Positions 21,900 to 32,258 of a stretch of DNA of 64,000 bases are shown one piece after another. The translations under genes were made by a program, and so were the position numbers. Within the stretch, counting starts at the first letter, position 1. Every line of letters starts with the position of its first letter. Location of the stretch: the NCBI GenBank assembly GCA_943789105.1, contig CALSSW010000004.1:59365-123364 (forward strand). Direction: 5' to 3'. The notes under the pieces are model-generated. The model saw only the letters and a program-made list of their open reading frames with translations. It was not told the DNA's origin and ran no database searches. Origin of the DNA: an uncultured Ulvibacter sp. (GTDB lineage: Bacteria > Bacteroidota > Bacteroidia > Flavobacteriales > Flavobacteriaceae).

Positions 21900-21973
21900 C
21901 GGGATGTGGCGCAGTCCGGTAGCGTACTTGGCTGGGGGTCAAGTGGTCGCAGGTTCAAATCCTGTCATCCCGA
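21900..21973 (+). tRNA. tRNA-Pro (anticodon GGG)
   Basis: CGGGATG...CTTGG-CT-GGG-GG-TCAAG...GCAGGTTCAAATCCTGT-CATCCCG-A cloverleaf. Confidence 0.95.
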
Positions 21974-21980
21974 CAGTAAT

Positions 21981-22016
21981 AAAAAAGGCATAATGAATAC
22001 TCATTATGCCTTTTTT
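21981..22016. terminator. Bidirectional intrinsic terminator
   Basis: Perfect AAAAAAGGCATAATGA-ATAC-TCATTATGCCTTTTTT hairpin between the tRNA and a convergent CDS. Confidence 0.9.
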
Positions 22017-22101
22017 ATTGACTAAAGTTTTCATTATCCTTGGGTAAACATATAGATAGAAAAATTTAATAAGCTTGTTTTGTAAATAGCGATTTGATTA
22101 T

Positions 22102-23505
22102 TTAGGTTCTTGCTCTGGTAAGGATATCTTTATTGCTGTTTTTTTTATGGTAAGCCTGTAAGATCTTTGTCGTATAATAGGTGCTTTTGTAGCGTGTTAT
22201 GTAATTAGAGAAATCCTCAAAGTAGGCAATAGATTCTTGAGCATCTACAAACCCAAAGCCTTTATATTGTCCTTGTTCAATTAAAATTATTGAGACCTCA
22301 CAGGCAGTTCTCCCTTTACCTTTAATAACATAGCTGTCTTGCTGTTGCTGAAAGCTGTAGATTGCCTCTTGTACTCTTTTATTATACACCTGCACATCCT
22401 CAAGATCTTGACAAATACCGTTACATTTTTTTATTTTATAATGTGAACAGGCACTACCTTGGCTTTGAAGTGAACAATATCTTGGACATAATTCATACTC
22501 CTGACACAGCTGTTCTAAATGCTCAATTGCCAAAGCATTACTATATAGTGTTTCAATTGAGTTTGTAGTTGTTTTGGTTTTACCTATAGCGAGTTGTAAT
22601 ATCCCCAGTCTATTAGTGTAGTTAATAATTTGAAATGTTGTGATAGGTCTTTTTTGTACCTTATTATATTTTGGGTAATGCTTTATGATATGGTGAGATT
22701 CAAGTAACAATGCCGTTAATTCATTTCCTGTTTGCTCAAAATCTATATGGTGCGTTTCTTGCGCAAGGGCTATTTCTTTAGAAACCTTAGCATACAAATG
22801 AGACAAAACCCTCTTTTTTATGTTTTTGGCTTTACCCACATATATCATTTTTTTAGCTTTATTTTTAAAAAAATAGACTCCAGGTGTTTCTGGCAACGCT
22901 GTAATATCCTCTGCTGGTAAATGGGGAGGAAGTGTAGCTTCTTTTGATGTTACGTCCAATGCTTTTAAAATAGCTTTATATTCGGAGATAGCATCTATTT
23001 CAAGTAATTTGTTAAACAATTTTACAGTAGCTCTTGTATCTGCCTCTGCTCGGTGAGCACCTGTTAATTCTATGCCTATAGATCTAGTTAACCTACCAAG
23101 GCTATAGGAGGGAAGCCCTGGTATTAGTTTTCTGGATAAGCGCACTGTACACAGTTTTTTTCTTAGGTAGGTAATACCAACAGCTGCAAACTCCTTTTTA
23201 AAAAAACCAAAATCAAAATTTACATTGTGTGCTACAAATACGCTGTCTTTTGTAAAGTCATATAACTCCTGGGCTACTTCTGCAAAGCTTGGCGCAGATG
23301 CAACCATTTGGTTATCTATACCAGTGAGGGCAGTAATTGTTGTTGGAATTAAACATCCAGGATTAATAAGTGTTGTAAAGGTATCTTGAATTTCTTTGTT
23401 TTTTACAAGGATAATACACACCTCGGTCATTTTTCCCTTAGAGACTCCTCCAGTTGTTTCTACATCAATAATTGCAAAGGTTGTATCGTCTATATTTTGT
23501 TTCAT
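22102..23505 (-). CDS. DEDDh 3'-5' exonuclease (Pol III epsilon-like) fused to a UvrC/Cho-like GIY-YIG nuclease
   Basis: DVETTG, HNVNFD, HRAEAD; then PETPGVYFF...IYVGKAKNIKKRVLSH and a Cys cluster (CPRYC...CSHY..KKCNGIC). Confidence 0.9.
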   Translation of the reverse strand: MKQNIDDTTFAIIDVETTGGVSKGKMTEVCIILVKNKEIQDTFTTLINPGCLIPTTITALTGIDNQMVASAPSFAEVAQELYDFTKDSVFVAHNVNFDFGFFKKEFAAVGITYLRKKLCTVRLSRKLIPGLPSYSLGRLTRSIGIELTGAHRAEADTRATVKLFNKLLEIDAISEYKAILKALDVTSKEATLPPHLPAEDITALPETPGVYFFKNKAKKMIYVGKAKNIKKRVLSHLYAKVSKEIALAQETHHIDFEQTGNELTALLLESHHIIKHYPKYNKVQKRPITTFQIINYTNRLGILQLAIGKTKTTTNSIETLYSNALAIEHLEQLCQEYELCPRYCSLQSQGSACSHYKIKKCNGICQDLEDVQVYNKRVQEAIYSFQQQQDSYVIKGKGRTACEVSIILIEQGQYKGFGFVDAQESIAYFEDFSNYITRYKSTYYTTKILQAYHKKNSNKDILTRART

Positions 23506-23528
23506 TACTACAAAAATACAAAATATTT

Positions 23529-23558
23529 GGATTATTTCCTTATTAATGGATTAGTTCC
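23529..23558. promoter_or_regulatory. Tandem GGA-N5-TCC palindromic operators (putative SOS boxes)
   Basis: GGATTATTTCC at 23529-39 and GGATTAGTTCC at 23548-58, just upstream of the TATTTTTG -7 element (23511-18) of the exonuclease gene. Confidence 0.8.
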
Positions 23559-23605
23559 AATTTAATCTTGTTGTTAGGTCAATATCGTATTGTAAATGTA
23601 TTTTG

Positions 23606-24061
23606 TTAGAGAGGGTATATCATCTTAATATTACTTCGCTTGTAGGGGTTATCCTTGGGTATAGCAACCTGTTTAAAGCCATATTTTTTGTATATGTGTA
23701 TAGCGTTTTCTAGCTTAGTGTTTGAGTAAAGATAGAGCTGCTTAAAATTATTTTCTTTTGCAAAATCAATGCAGTATTGTAAGAGTTGTTGCCCCAGTTT
23801 TTTTCCTTGCTTGGAGGGCTCTATGGCCATTTTTGTGAGCTCAAAAACACCATCACTTCTTTTTATAAGAGCTACAGTGCCTATGGCTGTGTTGTTTTGG
23901 GTAATAAAAAAAATTTCTCCACCAGGATGTATAATATGCTGCATGGGTTTGCTTAAGACTTCTCTGTCATAAGCCTCTACATAAAAGTAGGTTTCTAGCC
24001 ACTGCAGGTTAAGGTTATAAAAGGCTTGCGCAAAGGTGTGGCTAAAGGCTTGTATTTCCAA
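23606..24061 (-). CDS. GNAT-family N-acetyltransferase
   Basis: FELTKMA...QGKKLG, LYSNTKLENAIHIYKKYGF. Confidence 0.9.
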   Translation of the reverse strand: MEIQAFSHTFAQAFYNLNLQWLETYFYVEAYDREVLSKPMQHIIHPGGEIFFITQNNTAIGTVALIKRSDGVFELTKMAIEPSKQGKKLGQQLLQYCIDFAKENNFKQLYLYSNTKLENAIHIYKKYGFKQVAIPKDNPYKRSNIKMIYPL

Positions 24062-24072
24062 TGAGGTATTAA

Positions 24073-24321
24073 TTAAAGCAAAGGTTCTCCAACCTCTGCA
24101 AAGTATTCATTAATCATTGTTTTTGCTGTATCTAACTGTTCATTTCTGATAAATAGGCGCACTTGGTTAGGAATTCCTGTAGAGAACCCACCTGTGATAC
24201 CGCTATTGTGATCATCTTTTACAATGGGAGAAATTCCTTCTTCGTTTAGTCTTGCAATAAGGCCGCTAGCTATCATTGTTGGCCCAGTATATATGCGAAT
24301 TGTTTTTTGATCTTTATTCAT
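24073..24321 (-). CDS. DUF2007-type putative signal-transducing protein
   Basis: IYTG....A..L...L.E.GI..IVKD.....GF...V.LFI; start reset to ATG 24321. Confidence 0.7.
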   Translation of the reverse strand: MNKDQKTIRIYTGPTMIASGLIARLNEEGISPIVKDDHNSGITGGFSTGIPNQVRLFIRNEQLDTAKTMINEYFAEVGEPLL

Positions 24322-24325
24322 GTTT

Positions 24326-25042
24326 TTATGAATTGTAGTATTTGCTTCTCCAAATAGCGTTGTTAAAATTCTTTCCTTTGGCAAAACCATAATATAATAC
24401 AGTTGCGGCAACTCCCTTGAACATAAACAAAAAGAATAATAAATATTCTAGATTTGGATTGCCTCTAGATAATAGATGCAATGGGGTAATAGCCGTAAGT
24501 AAAATGCTAGTAATAAATATTGTAAATATTAAATTCTCAAAGGTTTTATAGGGCCATACCAATGCTTTTCTAAAAGGATGTAAATCATTTCCCCATTTGT
24601 GTATGAGGTAAAAATAGTCGTTTGAAATTGGAGCAAACAACAAAGGATCGTTTACATTTTCTAGTTTCATTAATGAAGCTGGAGCAACAATTTTTAAACC
24701 TTTTAAAGTGGTATTGTGTTCTTTTTCAAGAGCTCTTATTTTTGAGATTGCCTTTTCTGGGAACGGTGCTTTAAAATATTTAGTATCCAAAAAACGCAAC
24801 CTATAATCAATACATAGTTTTTTTATATCTGAAAGGTGAAATACCTTAGAAGCATCTAATGCTTTATGATTAAAAAAGTTTTCATTAAGTTTTGACCCAT
24901 GGGTTAGTTCTCTTTTTATTGTATTTCTTTGATTCTCATTTTGCTTCAATAATTCATTTACGTCTCTAAGTATTTCATATTCAGAGGTATGCTTTTTTCT
25001 TGTTTTTTGTAATTGTATTTCGATATTTGTTTTAGGAAACAT
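24326..25042 (-). CDS. Conserved flavobacterial hypothetical membrane protein
   Basis: IKKLCIDYRLRFLD, DPLLFAP....YLIHKWGNDL, two C-terminal TMs; start reset to ATG 25042. Confidence 0.7.
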   Translation of the reverse strand: MFPKTNIEIQLQKTRKKHTSEYEILRDVNELLKQNENQRNTIKRELTHGSKLNENFFNHKALDASKVFHLSDIKKLCIDYRLRFLDTKYFKAPFPEKAISKIRALEKEHNTTLKGLKIVAPASLMKLENVNDPLLFAPISNDYFYLIHKWGNDLHPFRKALVWPYKTFENLIFTIFITSILLTAITPLHLLSRGNPNLEYLLFFLFMFKGVAATVLYYGFAKGKNFNNAIWRSKYYNS

Positions 25043-25187
25043 AAATTTTAATTTTGAAATAAAAATACTCTCTAATGGTTTGTTAGACAACCATTTTTAT
25101 TTTTTTAACTCTTTTTTAAATATTCTTCTCGATTAGACGTTGTAGAACAAAGTTTGTATTACCTATCTTTAAAAAAAAAATAATACC

Positions 25188-25766
25188 ATGAATTTCAAAC
25201 ACATTCTTTGCATTGTATTTATAGGCCTGTATACAATTACTAGTGCTCAAAAATATAAAAGCATAAGCACTAGTACCATATCAAAAGACTGGCAAGGGAT
25301 CACTTTTACTTCAGATAAAACGCTGCAAGAAAACATAGCACAAAGCACTTATTTCTCTATAATGGCCGCTATTTTAGAAGACGAATTTTTGAGCAGCCAG
25401 CTATCAAGTCAAGAAATGGTTACTGTTTTTGTTGCCAACGATGCCTCCTTTAGTACACTAAAAGAAGATACACGCAAAGCATTATTGGCAGATGATCAAA
25501 CAATAGTACAATTAGTAAAGTTTCATACCATACCTGGTAGAGTAGATAAAAATGCGATAGAAAATGCAATTTCTAGCTCTGGAGGTATGGCTTATTTTAG
25601 AACTCTTGAGGGTGAAAAATTAGCTGTAACAAAAAAAGCAGGAGCGTTAACCATTTCAGATAGTAAAGGAAATATGGCAGTTATAAAAGAAACAGATTTT
25701 TATCACAAAAATGGTTTTTTCCATATGGTAGAAGGGTTTGCTTTTGATACAAAGACCTCTAAGTAG
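25188..25766 (+). CDS. Fasciclin (FAS1) domain secreted protein
   Basis: Signal peptide; TVFVA.D..F, FHTIPG, NG..H.V FAS1 motifs. Confidence 0.8.
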   Translation: MNFKHILCIVFIGLYTITSAQKYKSISTSTISKDWQGITFTSDKTLQENIAQSTYFSIMAAILEDEFLSSQLSSQEMVTVFVANDASFSTLKEDTRKALLADDQTIVQLVKFHTIPGRVDKNAIENAISSSGGMAYFRTLEGEKLAVTKKAGALTISDSKGNMAVIKETDFYHKNGFFHMVEGFAFDTKTSK

Positions 25767-25806
25767 TTTGATACTTTAACAGCTTTATCGCTTTTTTAAA
25801 ACAAGA

Positions 25807-26397
25807 TTATTTTGCCTTTGCTATTTCTAGTAAGGCATTGTATACTAGCCTTGTGGGGAGGCCCATGACATTAAAAAAACACCCTTCTATTTTTTCTATT
25901 CCAATATATCCAAGCCAATCTTGTATACCATAACTACCAGCTTTGTCATAAGGTTTACATGTTTCTAGGTAGTACTCAACCTCATCATTGGTGAGTTCTT
26001 TAAAATGCACCTTTGTGCAATCAGAGACAGTGTTTTGGTTATCTTTAGTGGTAAAACATACAGAGGTAAACACACTGTGGGTTTTACCGCTTAAACCTTG
26101 CAGCATGTTTATTGCATCTTGCTTGTTTTGGGGTTTACCGATGGCGCGATTGTCTTTCCATACAATAGTGTCACTGGTAATTACAATTTGTTTTTCTTTA
26201 ATATCCTTAAAGGCGGTAGCTTTTAATTGTGCTAAATATTTTGTGATTTCTTGGGCTTTTAGATGTGTCGGAAATATTTCTTTGATTTCTCGAACATCTA
26301 TTTTAAAATCTATGTCTAATTCTTTGAAAAAATGCTGTCTTCTCGGGGAACCAGAAGCTAAGACAATATCAAAATTAAGCAGGTGTTTTTTGAGCAT
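25807..26397 (-). CDS. maf: Maf-family nucleotide pyrophosphatase
   Basis: LASGSPRR, SDTIV, GKP, DKAGSYGIQ, NVMGLP. Confidence 0.95.
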   Translation of the reverse strand: MLKKHLLNFDIVLASGSPRRQHFFKELDIDFKIDVREIKEIFPTHLKAQEITKYLAQLKATAFKDIKEKQIVITSDTIVWKDNRAIGKPQNKQDAINMLQGLSGKTHSVFTSVCFTTKDNQNTVSDCTKVHFKELTNDEVEYYLETCKPYDKAGSYGIQDWLGYIGIEKIEGCFFNVMGLPTRLVYNALLEIAKAK

Positions 26398-26542
26398 TAC
26401 AAGAAGGTTTTTGTTCTATCCAAAGATAGATAATGTCTTTTATTAATATTAAAAATTTAACTCTATAAATATTTGTAGCCAGCCTCAGGCTTATCTTGTT
26501 GGCTTACTGCTATATTGTGTTTGGTTTGCCTTTGTTCTTTGT

Positions 26543-28838
<2,296 letters not shown>

Positions 28839-28858
28839 TAATAGTATTTAAAAAGGTG

Positions 28859-28960
28859 ATGCTTAGCCAGCACACACAATTTAGAGATATGGGATTTGAT
28901 GAGGTATTGCTTTTGGATAAACAAGGAGAGGAAGTAAATTTAGAAGATGTCAAGCAATAG
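28859..28960 (+). CDS. Possible 33-aa acidic small ORF or gene remnant
   Basis: MLSQHTQFRDMGFDEVLLLDKQGEEVNLEDVKQ*, between the katG stop and its terminator. Confidence 0.3.
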   Translation: MLSQHTQFRDMGFDEVLLLDKQGEEVNLEDVKQ

Positions 28961-28981
28961 ATTTATTTTTACTTATCACAC

Positions 28982-29013
28982 AAAAGGGGAGCTTTATCGC
29001 TTCCCTTTTTTTT
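28982..29013 (+). terminator. Intrinsic terminator of the katG transcript
   Basis: AAAAGGGGAGC-TTTATC-GCTTCCCTTTTTTTT. Confidence 0.85.
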
Positions 29014-29186
29014 GTGTTAAACTCTTGTGTTTTCCGTAAACCAAACATTACAAATTACTTGTTTAAAAAATGGGTGGTGATCGTAAAAAAGGATATTTTA
29101 CCAATTTAGTCTTGTCTAAAAATAATATATAATGTATTAATTTTCAATTTATTATAATATATAATATAAAGCTTTAGTTTGTTTTA

Positions 29187-29849
29187 TTATTGTTTGCAGT
29201 TTTCCCATAAAACATCTTGAGGTAAGGGCGCTGTAATTGTCATTTCTTGTTTTTTTACAGGATGTATGAAAGAGAGTTTTCTAGCGTGTAGATGAATACT
29301 TCCGTCTTTATTGGATCTGTCAAAACCATATTTTAAGTCTCCTTTTATTGGACAATTAATGCTTGCAAGTTGCGCTCTAATTTGATGGTGTCTTCCAGTT
29401 TCTAAAAGAATTTCTAAAGCTACATAGCGTTGCATTTTCTTTAAAACGTGATAGTGAAGTATGGCTTTTTTGCTATCTGGAACTTTTTTGGTGTTTGCGT
29501 AGCTTTTATTTTGCTTTGGATTTCTTTTAAGATAGTGGGTAAGGGTGTCATTATCTTTTGGTGGTGGATTTTTCACTACCGCCCAGTAGGTTTTTTTTGT
29601 TTGCCGCTCTGCAAAAGATTTGTTTAGTCTAGGTAATGCCTTTGATGTCCTGGCAAAGACAATCACACCGCTTGTAGGTCTATCTAGCCTATGTACAACC
29701 CCAAGATACACGGCTCCGGGTTTATTGTATTTTCTGGCAAGATATGCTTTGGTGATTTCAGAAAGGGGCGTGTCTCCAGTTTTATCACCTTGTACAATGT
29801 CTCCAGGACGTTTGTTTACAACAATGAGGTGGTTGTCTTCAAATAACAC
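29187..29849 (-). CDS. RluA/RluD-family pseudouridine synthase (true start may lie upstream)
   Basis: VVNK..G, HRLDRPTSG, TGRHHQIRAQ, GDLKYG, LHA. Confidence 0.93.
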   Translation of the reverse strand: MLFEDNHLIVVNKRPGDIVQGDKTGDTPLSEITKAYLARKYNKPGAVYLGVVHRLDRPTSGVIVFARTSKALPRLNKSFAERQTKKTYWAVVKNPPPKDNDTLTHYLKRNPKQNKSYANTKKVPDSKKAILHYHVLKKMQRYVALEILLETGRHHQIRAQLASINCPIKGDLKYGFDRSNKDGSIHLHARKLSFIHPVKKQEMTITAPLPQDVLWENCKQ

Positions 29850-29931
29850 CTGCAGGTTATCTGGGGTGCTATGTGTCGTTTTTTTGTTTGTTTTGGTATG
29901 AGTATTTTTTTTTCCCGAAATATAATAGATA

Positions 29932-30750
29932 TTAGTACTGTTCTGTATCGTTTGGGAAATCGCCGCTTTTTACGTCTGTACTGTAGTTTTTAAATGCCGT
30001 TGTCATCTCCTTATACATATCTAGGTATCTTCTTAAAAAGCGAGGATTAAACTCATGAGTCATACCTAGCATATCATGTGTTACTAGTACTTGCCCATCA
30101 ACTGCGTTACCTGCTCCAATACCAATTACAGGTATAGTAAGGCTTTGGGCTACTTCTTGCGCAAGTTTGGCAGGAACTTTTTCTAGTACAATGGCAAAAC
30201 ATCCTGCTTTTTCTAAAAGTAAAGCATCTTGTTTAAGCGTTTCTGCCTCAGCATCTTCTTTAGCTCTAACGGTATAGGTTCCAAACTTATATATAGACTG
30301 TGGCGTAAGCCCTAAATGCCCCATAACTGGTATGCCTGCATTTAAAATTCTTTTTACAGATTCTTTAATTTCTTTACCGCCTTCTACCTTTACTGCATGA
30401 CCTCCACTTTCTTTCATGATACGTATGGCTGAGCGTAGGGCTTCTTTTGGATCACTTTGGTAGCTTCCAAAAGGAATATCTACCACCACTAAACTACGCT
30501 CTACGGCGCGAATCACAGAGGTTGCATGATAAATCATCTGATCCAGTGTTATGGGGAGTGTAGTTTCATGTCCTGCCATAACATTAGAGGCAGAGTCACC
30601 AACAAGTATTACGTCTATGCCAGCTCCATCTACAATTTTTGCCATGGTATAGTCATAGGCCGTGAGCATAGATATCTTTTCTCCACGATTTTTCATATCT
30701 ACCAAGGTTTTGGTAGTGATTCTTTTGTATTGTTTCTTTGCTGTAGACAT
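29932..30750 (-). CDS. panB: 3-methyl-2-oxobutanoate hydroxymethyltransferase
   Basis: [32 protein letters not shown]. Confidence 0.97.
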   Translation of the reverse strand: MSTAKKQYKRITTKTLVDMKNRGEKISMLTAYDYTMAKIVDGAGIDVILVGDSASNVMAGHETTLPITLDQMIYHATSVIRAVERSLVVVDIPFGSYQSDPKEALRSAIRIMKESGGHAVKVEGGKEIKESVKRILNAGIPVMGHLGLTPQSIYKFGTYTVRAKEDAEAETLKQDALLLEKAGCFAIVLEKVPAKLAQEVAQSLTIPVIGIGAGNAVDGQVLVTHDMLGMTHEFNPRFLRRYLDMYKEMTTAFKNYSTDVKSGDFPNDTEQY

Positions 30751-30827
30751 AGTGTGCTTTATAAAGTGTAAATGTACTAATTTGTGTGTAATTTTTACTT
30801 TTGCTTACCTTATTAATTAGCTAAGCA

Positions 30828-31361
30828 TTAGTCATACTTTGCGCTTATTGTTGTGCTGTAATTCCATTTTTCTTGCACTTTTAGCACTTGCTCAATTACA
30901 TCTCTTACGCAGCCTTGGCCTCCTTTAAGATGAGATACATACCTGCTAAGCGCTTTAATTTCTGGCACCGCATCTTGCGGGCAGCATGGCATAACAACTT
31001 GTTGCATTACCTTATAATCTGGCAGGTCATCACCCATGTACAATACCTGCTGGGGTGTAATGTTATTCTCTTGAAGGTATTTTTCTAGTGTTTTTGTTTT
31101 GTGATGTGCACCTAAGTGTATATCATTAATGCCCAATCCTGCAAGGCGTTTACGAACTCCTTCATCAGTACCGCCAGAAATGATACACACATTAAAGCCT
31201 TGAAGCAGCGCTTCTTTTAGGGCAAAGCCGTCTTTGGTATGCATGGTTCTGTGCATTTCTCCATCTGTGGTTATTGTAATTGTTCCGTCTGTTAGCACGC
31301 CATCTACGTCAAAAACGAAGGTGGTGATTTGATGCAAATATTCTTTATAGCTTTTACTCAT
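30828..31361 (-). CDS. kdsC: KdsC-family HAD phosphatase
   Basis: FDVDGVLTDG, YMGDDLPD, GGQGCVRDVIE. Confidence 0.9.
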   Translation of the reverse strand: MSKSYKEYLHQITTFVFDVDGVLTDGTITITTDGEMHRTMHTKDGFALKEALLQGFNVCIISGGTDEGVRKRLAGLGINDIHLGAHHKTKTLEKYLQENNITPQQVLYMGDDLPDYKVMQQVVMPCCPQDAVPEIKALSRYVSHLKGGQGCVRDVIEQVLKVQEKWNYSTTISAKYD

Positions 31362-32115
31362 CTTGTGATATGTTTCTTTTTTGAATACTACGTGTAAGTA
31401 GTTGATATACTTCTTGTTGTTGTGCTGTAAGAAGCCCTTGATGTGTCTGAATTGTTTTTTTATCTCCTCTTTTGGCTGGTCCAGTTTGGGCCTGGGCAGC
31501 AGTGAGGTATTCTATTTTATTGGCAGTTTCTTTAATTAAAGGTGCCAAGAGGCTAAAATCTAATTGTTGTTTTCTTAAAATATCTTCTGAAATATGATAT
31601 AACTCGTTCACAAAGTTATTTACAAATACGGCGGCAACATGTAATTTTGAACGCTCATAGGAATTAATAGCACACACTTTTTGGGAAATCAGAGTGCCTA
31701 AATTTGTTAATAAACAGAGATCTTCCTTGTTTTGAGCCTCCACACAAATGGGGATGTTTTTAAAGTCAATCTCTTTGTTTTTTGAAAATGTTTGTAAAGG
31801 GTAAAACACTCCTTTTTTATTGTTGTTACTAATAGCTTCTAAAGCAGCTCCTCCACAGGTGTGAGCCACCAATTTATTTGTAAAAGGAAGTTGTGATGTG
31901 ACACTGTGTATCCTATCGTCAGGGACTGCAGCGATATACACATCTGCCTTTGGTGTAATCTCTAGTATGTTTGTTACAATCATCTTGTCGTGAGTGGTTT
32001 CTTTGGGTATACTGCGTGTATAGACTTGCAGTACCTTAATACCAGGGCTAGTCTCAAATACCTTAAATAGATGAGATCCAACATTACCAAAACCCAAAAT
32101 AACAACTGTAATCAT
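31354..32115 (-). CDS. Rossmann-like / DUF2520 oxidoreductase (PanG-like)
   Basis: G.GNVG, FYPLQTFS, HVAAVF.NNF, QTGPA.RGD. Confidence 0.85.
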   Translation of the reverse strand: MITVVILGFGNVGSHLFKVFETSPGIKVLQVYTRSIPKETTHDKMIVTNILEITPKADVYIAAVPDDRIHSVTSQLPFTNKLVAHTCGGAALEAISNNNKKGVFYPLQTFSKNKEIDFKNIPICVEAQNKEDLCLLTNLGTLISQKVCAINSYERSKLHVAAVFVNNFVNELYHISEDILRKQQLDFSLLAPLIKETANKIEYLTAAQAQTGPAKRGDKKTIQTHQGLLTAQQQEVYQLLTRSIQKRNISQDE

Positions 32116-32258
32116 AGTGTAAAAATACAAGAATTTTTTATGGCAATAGTATGCCTTTTATGGAATGAACACTAAAGAGTGTTAATGCTATCACATTTCA
32201 GATACATAAGGAGCACAAAAAGACCATTTTGTAGTATTTTTGCAAAAAATAATACTAG

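Noticed and set aside
21900-25800. tRNA-anchored genomic island
   Set aside because: No integrase and no duplicated tRNA 3' end seen; the downstream genes are ordinary flavobacterial genes.
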